Of a stretch of DNA of 64,000 nucleotides, positions 50,501-61,999 are shown piece after piece (within the stretch, counting starts at the first letter, position 1; the number at the start of each line of letters is the position of its first letter). The notes under the pieces were generated by a model. The model worked only from the letters and a program-made list of their open reading frames with translations. It ran no database searches and had not been told where the DNA came from. The translations under genes and the position numbers were made by a program. This DNA comes from Magallana gigas (taxonomy: Eukaryota), in the NCBI RefSeq assembly GCF_963853765.1, contig NC_088856.1, positions 27,590,001 to 27,654,000 on the forward strand, read 5' to 3'.

Positions 50501-53500
50501 AAATATTGATTTAAAATATAATATTCATACTTTATTTTGGTAAAATACTGTACACAATGATTTATGATAACTTTTATTGAATTCTAAAATCAAGATATAT
50601 ATTAAGATTCTTTGAAATATGGATTTGAAATATAATATTCATACTTTATTTTGGTAAAATACTGTACACAATGATTTATGATAATTTTATTGAATTCTAA
50701 AATCAAGATATATATTAAGATATCCTTTTTCACTATTTTATTTTTTAATTATTTATCTTATTTTTTAATTATTTTTTTTATTTTTTTTTCTGCCTTAATG
50801 CTGTTAATTTTAACAGGTAAATAGATAATAACCCCATTCTGTCATTTCTGAAAAAACAAATCTTATTGTAAATTTAGAAGAAAAGGATGAGAGAGCAGAA
50901 CAATTAACCCCCTGGGGTTAATTATCTTGCCTGCTGCAGAAAATTTAGAGGATTATATCTATCTGTCATATGAAGATTAATGAACACCTTTGTCTGCAAC
51001 TGATGTTTGTTTTGAAGTTGAGGTCAACCCTGGGTGATACAATGTATTTGCATTCACTGACGGCTTGCATTTTATAAAACACCTGTTTAAATCTTTTTTA
51101 AATACACATTTAATTTAGTTTGTCTTTTTTAAGACATGAGGTCATCCCTGTTTTATGCAGATACAAGGTTACTATTTAAAGTTTTTGGACATTCAGGAAT
51201 TATCTTGAAATTTTAAAAATACAGTTGTTACTTAAAATTTTCATATTTTTTTTTTTTAATGTAATCAAATGAAACTCTCATTCCATGAGCTGCACCCTTA
51301 TATTTTTACCCCTCAGTTTAACACTTTAATTGTTGGATGAAAATCATATCCAACTACAAATCATGAGATCCTATATATTGCAGTTCTTTACATCTTATGC
51401 CGGGCATTTATTTTTCATCATTGTTAATATAAAGAGGATGGAATTCAAAGTTTTTTTCACTTCTGTATATTAATTGTCATAGCGGGGCCCTTCCTGACTG
51501 GTCAGTTTTCTAGTTTATCTTGAAATCAAGTGAATTAACCACCCCAATAATTACACGCCTTCAGTACACTGTCTCCACGTAATGCCGATTTTCCGGTATA
51601 TTGCACAGGTCAGTAAACCATGGTGTATTACTGAAGTTACCTATGATTTCCACGCTTTAATTGCCCCAAGCTGTTGAAACCCTTTCCTTATATAATAGGA
51701 GCAGAACATATAACTTGTCAACATTCAATCTGTATGTACATGTATACACGAGTTAAGGTCTTATTTCTTTATAAATTCAATATGCCAATTAAATATTATG
51801 CAGACATAACCGATGATTTTTCAAGCTCCAATGGCGTGCATTGAGAAAAGAATGGAAGGGGGAGGTGGTGTCTTAAAATTCCAGAAACTGCTCATTCGTC
51901 TTCATTTAATGCAGATGCAAATTTGACTATTTGGGATAAATATAATCTAAATTACTAATTTTAATTAAACGCTATTTATTAAATTGGCGGTACTTTAAGA
52001 AAAGTTTTGTCCCAAGGTATTATAATACATCTGTGAAATATGAAATTGCCTCACCAACTCAAAAATTAATTAGTTTAATTATTTGCGGACAAACAGATGT
52101 ACGAACAGGGCAAAAACTATATACTTCCGAATCTTCGATTAGGACGGGGCTATAAAAATAAGCTTAAACTTAAATTTATGTCTCTGCGCTAACTAACGAA
52201 TCGTGTACCTTTGGCAAGCGAACATGTATATCACGGGAAGGCACAACAGTGAATATTGTATCAAGTAATCAGGAACAGATCAACTATCTATTTCCACCCC
52301 ATCCCTTTTCCAAAACCAAGAAATAAGAATTCCTTTAACGCTAAAAGGGTATTTCTAAGAGAATAATTAAAAATTTTGGCAAGGTCCTAGAAATATGGAT
52401 AGAAAACTTAACCTTAAATTATGAATTGTGATTTGGGCAGTAATGAAATAATTTCTTTAAACTTATTTGGTGAAAAAATGAAATAGACAATGTGCAGATC
52501 TATTTTTAATGCCTTATAAATTGGAAATATTTACTTTAATCCTGACCAAGAATTTAAAGAATGTTTAAGCAGGGCTAAACGAATAGCATTGCCCGGCAAT
52601 GGGTACATCCATCTATAAATTGAGCAATTTTAAGGTCCCGTAAAATATCATCCATTTTTTCATAGCACGACTTCCGAAAATAAGCTTCCGAAAGATCATC
52701 ATCATAAAGATGAAGGCACAACATATAACACTGTGTCTACATCACAACGAAATGCAAAATCTACCGCATGGAATGCGAACAGGACCGGACATAATATTTA
52801 ACACTCATCATAATAACAGAAATACATGTACTATATGTAGTAATGAATACACTGTATGTAATGTGAGAAGTACATAATATATTGTTGGGTTTACCGCATA
52901 TAATGTTAGAACGACCGCATATAATGTTAGAAGACCCTCATATAATGTTCGAATCACCTCATATATAATAATTAATGAAAATAATATAGTGATTTAACTA
53001 CATCATATAATAAAAGAAATACTGTTTAAAATGGAAAATGTACACGATATAATTTAAAAAAAAATTATATAATGAATATAATACGAGATATAATGAAGAG
53101 AACACTGCGTTTAATGTTTAATCCTCATATAAGACAGTCCCGGTGTTCCCTAGAATTACATTATTTATGTAATGCCGTTTAATTTATTAACTCTTCGCAG
53201 CCTACAACAAAAATAATTATGAAATCTTCCCGTGGTTGATCTTCATTTTGATACCAACTGTTGTGACAGGTCTATGGGTTTGTTCCTGCTACTGTTGTTA
53301 CAAAAGGTAAGACATTATTCTTTCAGATAAAAAACAAATATGAAATAAAAAAAAAAAAATGTATTTCACAACAAGAAACATTTACACGTGCACAAGTACA
53401 TATTACTACTAAGTCATAAAAGTACTGACATTCCCAATTTTTACTGATTAACTTAGACATTTACTGAAAATGTGCTGACATTACTGATAAACTTAGAAAA

Positions 53501-54342
53501 GTACTGACGTTTTTACTGACGGTACTGAGAAACTTAGAAAAGTACTGACAAACTTAGACAGTACTGATAAACTTAGAGAAGTACTCACACTTTTTACTGA
53601 CGGTACTGAAAAACTTAGAGAAGTACTAACAAGCACTGATAAGTACTGACACCATTGTTTTTACTTCCGCTAGAGCTTAAAAGGTGTGAAATTGTATGAA
53701 ATAACTCAGCACTGTCTAAGTTTGTTAGTACTTTTCTAAGTTTCTGAGTACTGTCAGTAAAAAGTCAGTACTTTTCTTAGTTTATCAGTAATGTCAGGAC
53801 ATTATCTATAAATGTCTTAGTTTATCAGTAAAAATGTGAATGTCGGTACTTTTTGGACATAGTAGTGTATTAAATAAAGGCGTTGCTCGTTAATTCAATA
53901 CATGTAATGATAATATTAGCATTATACATGACTGTATACATTGCATTTGTCAGGTTTGACAGAAATAAAGAATGTATCTAAGAATTTTTTTTTTCAAGTT
54001 TTCAGTCTTTTTTGTGTTTTCTTCTCAAGTTATGTTTTTGATATTTCTGTTTGATTAAGAGGGATTAGACAGGGCCAAAAGTTAAACCAAGAGAACGATC
54101 AGCAAGAAGAAACAGCTCAGTACCAGAGTCAAAATATTGAGTTTCCTAACCAAGAAAACGCTTACGAAACACCTTGTCAACCGACCAACACATGTGAAAC
54201 TTCACAAAAACAGGAATTAGAATTGGCAGCGTATGAAGAGATCAAGGAAAACCGGTTTAAATGGCTTCAATATCAGAATATCGGTGAAGATGTGTATTTA
54301 ACACCGGTCACTCAACAAAAACCTCTTCCATCTGGGAATTAA
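47547..54342 (+). CDS. Gene A5: intact family member (150 aa) with TE-expanded introns
   Basis: Exon 47547-47610 (MYNYTSYEDDYNYPAVEYRYT, GTAAGT, phase 1; in-frame TAA just upstream; same GGATACATA-ATG context as A4). Exon 53201-53306 (YNKNNYEIFPWLIFILIPTVVTGLWVCSCYCCYK, phase 2). Exon 54060-54342 (GIRQ...NAYETP...AAYEEI...QYQNI...DVYLTPV...SGN*). The link across the 5.6-kb intron 1 is inferred from homology and phase. Confidence 0.8.
48050..48268. mobile_element. MITE with ACTGTGGAATCA...TGATTCCGCAGT inverted ends
   Basis: Terminal inverted repeats. A partial related copy lies at ~55630-55690. Confidence 0.7.
48800..49145. mobile_element. Non-autonomous element with a central hairpin (family uncertain)
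   Basis: Hairpin 48818-48894 (AAAATGGTT...TTTATAAACCGC-GAA-GCGGTTTATAAA...AACCATTTT) plus the inverted pair TTTTATATCGTATAAAA / TTTTATACGATATAAAA. Confidence 0.6.
50010..51516 (+). mobile_element. DINE-1/HINE-like Helentron-associated element
   Basis: 5' GGGCCCCGC subterminal repeat with a local inverted partner, then a (GTCC)n/(GTCT)n microsatellite. 3' GCGGGGCCC plus CTGACTGGTCAG hairpin and T-rich end. Internal duplications at 50490-50720 and 50250-50530 / 50870-51100. Confidence 0.8.
53404..53867. mobile_element. CACTA-type MITE (464 bp) in intron 2 of A5
   Basis: Ends TACTACTAAGTC... and ...GACATAGTAGTG (CACTA termini, left C changed to T). 3-bp TSD TAT at 53401-53403 and 53868-53870. 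AGTACTGA subterminal repeats. Paralogous introns lack it. Confidence 0.85.
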
Positions 54343-57028
54343 GAGTCTTACTACACAGACTACGAGCCCACACATACAAATGGACAACATAAAGCTGTTT
54401 TGAAGGGTTTTTTTTTTGCATTTATTAATTTTTTCTGTTGCTTTGTGTTTCGGCAAGAAAATAAATCAAAAAAAGATTAGTTGACTGTTCATTCACATAT
54501 ACATTGTATATTGTATATTAGAAGACCAAATGTACACAAACATTTAATGCAGAGGTTAAGGAACGCTGGAATATAATGTTTTGAAAGGTTTTAAATAGTT
54601 GTATTGTTGTTGTGTAGTATATTGTACATAATTTTATGAGTATTGTGATATTTATGTCTATGCTTTTGTGTATATTTCAGTAGCTGAAAAAAAATTCATC
54701 TTCATAAAAAAAATTAAAACGTGTACAATGTAAAATGCTTTTTTTAAGTGCGTAAAGGGATATACTGGGCTTCAAAAGATATATACGATTAGTGTTTGGA
54801 AATTATTAGACATCGGATTCACTTTCCTTTCTAATCGACGGAAGGTAGGGAAAATTAGTACACAAATTTAACAAACAAAGGATTTAATTTATTTGAGTAT
54901 CATTTTAAATTCTTGAATACCTCGTTTAAAACGGTGGAAATCTATAAGACCAACGGTATATGACAAAACAAGTTAAAATACATTTGAACAGTTTGTTTGT
55001 AATCGTGTCTAATGTGTGTCTGTTTTTATGTGGGGGTCGTTTAATTAAAATACGGTATAAATATGCCTTCTTTTTATTTGATGTTACTCTTCGCGAATAC
55101 TCCAGATTTTTGTGCTTAAATTTTATGTTCTATGTTCTTTCTACCTTACTTCATATGAAAAAAGAACGAGAGCATGTATAACTCACTACTGCAATACTAG
55201 TCATTATTTATAAAATTCTCGATAGATACTCTACCACGTTTAATGCAACCTTTGATATTAATGACTTTACTACTTACCTGCCATGTTCTCAACCCGACGG
55301 ATGACATTGTTTCCCAATTCATTAGTTTTACCAGTAGAGCATATAATTCATCTTTGAATTTTTCCTTTCGCGTATCTCTTCTTCAACCTTATTGCTTGTA
55401 TTGTTTTTGTCGATGCAAAATTTCTTTGCTTAACGCATATGAGAATGAGAATGCAAATGATTAGAATAGTCCTATTTGTTTACAGTCATGATTTAATATC
55501 GTGTTATAAAGTTGGAAAGAAAACAAAGTGTGTCGGATAATAGGGTGTGGAGGGGGGACGGGGTAACAAGGTTATAGACTAAATAAGAAAAAAAATCCAT
55601 TCCATCTATTGTCCAAAACAATAGTTTAAATACCGTGGAATCATCAACATTCGTGGGGGCCAAATTTCGTGGAATGCTGAAATTTTATAGGTTGAGGTTT
55701 ATATGTTTTATATGACAGCTGACGGCTAATTGCTGCAGATCATCCGAAACCATTATTTTGTTAAAGCTTTTTTTTTTATTGCGACAATTCTATTCAGAAA
55801 AGCTAAACCTCTCTTGAGTTCTCTTGTCAGTGTAGCATTGAGTCAAACTAGGTTAAATCAATTACCTATAATATTTGAGGGTCTTAAAGATTTCGAATGA
55901 ACCCTGCACAAAATGTTTTTTCACAAAGGCTTTAATATCGCCCATATCGACGCACCAATTTTTTTTAAGTGCGTTCACTTGGTCCCGAATTTAAAGCACT
56001 TAAAACTTTTCAAAGTGCGTTGTAAAAAATATGTTAAGTCCAAGATGAACATTTCACACCTACGGAGAAGATATAATTATTGCTGAATATGATTCCTACA
56101 TGTATACGTGTTTCCGTTTGCAATAACCAATTTCTGAATGTTTTAATCAAATCTTTCTGAATTGAATACAAATAAGGTTTGATACAAACCAAAATCTCTT
56201 AGACTATCATCACATAACTTTTTTTATTTATATTTAAAACTATTTTAACAAGCAAATGAGATCATGCTCTTCAGAAAATGATAAGTGCTGCTCCTTTTTT
56301 AGTTACTTAACATTATATTCCACAACAATACGTGTTTCTAACACTGTACCTCTAACTGATCTACAAATAAGATCGTCGTTAATATCAACATTTCGTGTGT
56401 GACTGTGATTACTTCGTAAATCTAACTATCGATTTCTATGAGATTTTGTTCATATAAACTGTGATATGGAATACTGCAGATTTCTTTATTTTACGCGAGA
56501 ACTTTATTCCGCGATTCAACGGTTTTGCATCAAATCGCAAGAATATAAAATCGCAAACGCCAAATTTTTATCCTGATTCCAAATAGTTTACATCTGTCCG
56601 AAAAATTAAAGCATCATTTAAGGCTTCGTGAGATGTTCTTCCGGCGATTTTACGCGTATATTTATTTCTTGCCTTTAATTACGAATTTACAATAACCTGA
56701 TTTGCTGATATTAATACATTGATAATATACCACAAGGACGTCATTACCAGGAGAAAAAAAAGGAAGTAAAATTTATCGAGCTTTAAATATGTTATTGAAT
56801 CGCACAGGACTGGAAGAAAACACAAAGTAAGATGAACTTTTTTTTTATAATTAAACTATGCTTATTAGAACCTATGATGTAGTTTAACTATACCATGAGC
56901 AAAATTAATTTAGAATTTTTGTTCGTTATCTTGTCTCATGCATGTAGATCACAGTCATCCAACCAACAAGTAGAACTATTTTGAAAAGTACTCAAAAATT
57001 GTATGTTATCAGGCATATTTTGATACAG

Positions 57029-57189
57029 NNNNNNNNNNNNNNNNNNNNNNNNNNNNNNNNNNNNNNNNNNNNNNNNNNNNNNNNNNNNNNNNNNNNNNNN
57101 NNNNNNNNNNNNNNNNNNNNNNNNNNNNNNNNNNNNNNNNNNNNNNNNNNNNNNNNNNNNNNNNNNNNNNNNNNNNNNNNNNNNNNNNN
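57029..57189. other. Assembly gap (161 N)
   Basis: N run. Confidence 0.99.
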
Positions 57190-57352
57190 CCTTTACCCTT
57201 TACAGAAATGCCATGCTTGAATTAACACAAAATAAATTGAGTATTCTGCAGTTAGAATTGTAAACTGTTAAGGCTGACGGTTTAATTCTACAATAAGTTT
57301 AAAGCTCTTTTGATTTGTAATAATAAACATTTAAATGCATGTATAATATTAT

Positions 57353-57532
57353 ACAATTATTTAATACTTGAGCAGTCAATAGACCAGAGTATTTTTCCCG
57401 AGGTGCAGGGAACAGCCTAGTATGATCTATTGCCCGAGGCCAACGGCTGAGGGCAATGGATCATACTGAGCTGTTCCCTGCACCTCGGGAAAAAATTCTG
57501 GTCTATTGACTGTTCAAGCATTAAATAATTGT
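57353..57532. repeat. 180-bp near-perfect hairpin within a larger repeat element (to ~58050)
   Basis: Arms of ~80 bp (ACAATTATTTAATACTTGAGCAGTCAATAGACCAG...TTGCCC and its reverse complement) around GAGGCCAACGGCTGA. CTATTGACCGG repeats follow at 57900-57990. Confidence 0.9.
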
Positions 57533-60500
57533 TTTATTACCTAATTCATTTTTTAGTTTTCCGGGTTTAAAATCTGCATATTGCAGATGGTTTTCGTGCC
57601 ATTATGCAATATACTAAGATATTTTTTTCATCTTTTACATGCACCAAACCTTGCATGCATTTCATCTCATTTTAATATTAGTTTACACAAAGAAGGGGGA
57701 GTCTTCAACCCATTAGATTTTTAAGAAATAGTATTTTACCTTATATGAGGCTTTATTTGATACTCCATTTTGATAACATTGAATTTGGTTTTACCAAGTA
57801 CTAAAACAGCGTCTATGTAAAGGAATATACATTCCCTGAGAACGGATGTAATATTAAAACATACACGCGTTCAGATATACGTTGCCGGTCCAATGGATCA
57901 CAGTCTATTGACCGGTGGTTCAATAGATCAAAGTTTATTGACCGGCGGCCTAATAGATCGCAGTCTATTGACCGGCAGTTCAAAATAGACACAAATACTT
58001 AATTTGTAATAAAACAACAAAATCCCTTAGATTACATGTAGGTAATAATATAACTAAATCTCTAATGCCGTGATACAAAGTTGTTTAGTTATAGTTATCA
58101 TACACAAAACTTGTCAAGGATATCAAGGACAAATGCAATAGAACCCATAAAAAGAACGTACATGTGTATCAAGTAATGTTGTTTTAAGATACCGTGACTT
58201 TAAGTGTTATTTTCAAACCAGTGCAGCGCATTCTGTGCTCGTTCATATTTTACTTATTATCATCTTTCCGTTCATTTTGAGAAGCAGATTGTACATACAT
58301 GTATTATTCCTTCATCGGCTTTTAAAAATCATATTACATAAACAACAAAGTTAACATGTTTCTGTTTTTATACGTGTCGGAAACATTTCAGCCGTTTTCA
58401 AACACAAGAAGCACAGAAAGTCTTACACAAACCCACAGCCTTACTATTGTTTCTGTTATGTTTGATGTTGGTTTATCTTTTTGGCAGACAATTTTTTTTT
58501 TAATATATCGAACTAGCGTACCATGTTTACAAGCTTTGTGTTACCCTCATATCAAGTAAAACATTATGTCTAAATAACTGAAGGAAGTCCAACCTTGCTT
58601 ATTTTGCACCACCTTAACAAAAACATGTTCTTTCCAAATTATCTCTTTTAAAAAAGTGTTTTTTGAAAGTTGATCGTACCAATACATATCTGCAAAAATC
58701 GTTGTCATGTCGCTTTATTACGTAATTAGGGAGTTTTAGGGGCCACAGTCCTCACACTTTGACGCAAAATATCGATAGAAGAAGATATTTTTTTGTTAAG
58801 CAGATAAAGAACGAAAGAAAATGTTTGTATTAATGATACTAACCGATTTCACTTGTCAAAACGCCGATACATGTCGCCATAAAGAATCTAAAGGACTGGT
58901 TCCTTTAATGTCTAACTCTTGTATCTCAAAAATGAACAACAATTTTAGATTGGTGTAAGAACATAAAAGATTAGTATTCAAGAAACCTTCCGGATGATAT
59001 GAAGAGAAATGAGTTTACCAAGATGCAATTACTTCATAGGAAAAATGGGTACAAATTATAAAAAAAAAAACATATGACATGCTCCAAGAAGCATATCATA
59101 TCATAATAATCGATGTGTATATTTGTATGGTAAAAATCATCGTTAAAATAAACGAATTGTTCAATATTTATTAGAAAATATGTCAAGTTTAAATCTAAAA
59201 GTTTCGCTGGTATCATGCTAATAGTCCTCTCTCAATCAAACTTGTCCGGAAACTTTTAAAACGACCCATATGACAGTAAACATAGTAAAATATTGAATTC
59301 CCATATCTAAGCAGTAAAAGAATTGAAAAAAAAACACGCATCAGCCAAGGGTCGCAGTTTATACTGAATTAGCGAGTACTTGTTACACGTACAGCACAGC
59401 TGCTTGATCTATCTCTAAATTTATCGGAAAAAATTAAACCGCAAGATAAATCTGACGTTCTACACAATCTTTCTTTTACTCTGTTTACGTGTTTTAACAA
59501 AATAAAAGGAATGGAGATGGGCGTGTAATAGCTCTCTTTGTTCAGGAGCTAGAAGGATTACTGGAATGCTGCCAATTTTATTTTCTTTATGAATCCAACA
59601 CTTTAGCTTGTTCTTTTTCACACCCACAGAAGACTGAGCCGCCTAATTATGCTAGTGCCGAGGTGGCATTTTTGCACCCGTCTGCGCTGCATACATTTAA
59701 AAAATCAAATATGCTATAAGATAAACCATTGCTTAAAGAGTTTATAACCGCCTTTGTCAACATTGTATCTCAACCGTGAGATATTAACCTCTCAAAAATA
59801 AATTCCTGTAAAAAAATATTTTCCATAGGAAAAACAATATTCCAATAGGAACTTTGAAATGTCTCATCGTAATACAAGAACTTCCTATAGAAAATTAAAT
59901 TCCGATAGGATTTGATTGAATCCGATAGAAAATCTTCATTTCCTTTAGGAAAACTACCCGTCTGAATCAAATTCCTACAGGAAATACCTTTCTCCAATAG
60001 GAAATATAATTCCAAAAATTGTGAATATTTCTTCAAGGAGAATCATTTCTCCTATGGGAATTACTGTTTTCCTATGATATATTAATTTTTAAAGGTAAAT
60101 ATTTCACCTGTTAGGTGGAACACAATAAAAACAGAAGGTGTTGTTTACTCTCTCAACAATAGCCTGTCATTTGATATATACGAATTTATCCGAAACTGCA
60201 TGTTAAGTCGCACTGGCATAAATATCCGGCACATTGTTACAGGTTCTTAAAGATCACATCGCTTGACAGCGCTGCACTCGCTAAAATAATCCTTTCCAGC
60301 TGTTAATTCTTTTCAATTATAGCCTAAGTTATGCTAACTTGCATCATTTAGACTTTGGCCTCTCTTTTCCAGTTTGCAGGATTTACTTGTTAAATATCTT
60401 GTAAGTTGGCATTTGTTTTAAGTGATACTGGATATTCGCTAATTAATGCATAAAAGTATTTTAAATGGTATGCGTCTTATTTTGGCGCACAATCCGGTAC

Positions 60501-61999
60501 TTTTTAGTTTGTATTACTTTATTGACAGCCTTAACTTTGCTGAGTATAACATCGTGTTCTATTTTAGCACTAAACATTGTAGTCAAATTTTACTTATTAC
60601 AGAAAATTGTAAAGTATTTTGGTGGGTTGATTCGAAAAAATATAGAAATCAACATGACGATGTTTGAAGCATTTGTATTCATTTTGCTGCTTAATTTGTC
60701 TATTTCATCTAAAGGGCAAATCAATAAACAATTTGAAATTGTTCTCGACAATCCTTTAGAAAACTACCTCAAACACATGGAGATCTGTAGATAGTAAAGA
60801 TCCAAAGAAAATGTATAAAAACATTCCTTATTTTGTTTTTCAGAGGAGGCAAATTTGACTCATGTCAAGTATGGAATATTTATTTCCGTATCTGGAAAGA
60901 GATACTTAGTGGGTCTCTTTTCAAGTTCAAAACCCCACTTTGTCTGCATTATGTGTTTCTAAAGAAAATGGTATCTACCATGCATTTCAAGTCAAGTGAA
61001 CAAAGAGTCTGATATATTTTTCCGAAGAATGTTCTTGAACTAAAAGATGTGATATTTGATAAAAATGTGAACCTACAAGTCTGTACATGTATCAGTAAGG
61101 GTCATAATTTCGTTGATCAGAAAAGGCTTTATAATTATTTTAAAACTAAAACATCCTTTTTCATATTTTTATGGCCTATGAAAAGATCATTAATAGAGAT
61201 ATGTGTCTTATAGAAAGTAATGTAAAGCAAAAGGAAATTGATCAAACTTGCGATATTATTGAATTATTCCTAATGTTCAAGACTTAACCGATCTAGATTA
61301 TAAACAAATCATTTAAAAAGTTTGAAGTTTTGATTTATTTTGAAATAATTACCTTCTTAATAAGATTCATCTGTTTTAACGGTCTTTTAGCCTTGTAGTC
61401 TCTTACAGTGTACTTGCAATCAAAAGAGATTCTCTTATTTCTCATTAAAATACATGTTAATAGAAAAAAGTATGAGTAATATCATTTCTGAAAAACTAAA
61501 TAATGCACCAGAAATAATACTTTAACAATTGATAAAATGTAATTTCAGTGTATCATTCTACCTTTAATAGTACACAGGTAATAGAAATCTAGACACGTGC
61601 TGAAGAAGTGGTCAACAATCCATTTAATAACACATTAGTGAAGCATTCCATGTTCAATAGTACCCATGTACAGGTATAGAAAGTTCTAGATGTTTGGCGA
61701 GGAACTAAGGTTTTTAAAAGTCTTTCCAACACAATGCTTATTATAAGTTTTACACAAAGCATGCAAGCACAAAATATATTATATATTAAAAAGGTTGTAA
61801 ATTTTGTTTTAATACAACGAGACGTCATTTTCCCATATTTGTAAGATAATTATTTGCATCGTCAGCACTTTCATATTCCGATGTGGTTTTTTTTATTTTA
61901 AAAATAAAGATATTGTTTGAGAATATATAGAATAGAAAAATTCTCAGTGTTCGTATCAATATGCTTTCATAAATCGATAAATAAAAAAAATATCATAAA

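Noticed and set aside
52690-52870. Alternative upstream exon for A5 near 52.7-52.9 kb
   Set aside because: Weak donors and no homology to family exon 1; 47547-47610 fits much better.
53404-53867. Short AGTACTGA repeats with variable spacers
   Set aside because: They are subterminal repeats of a CACTA-type element bounded by TIRs and a TSD, not a CRISPR array.
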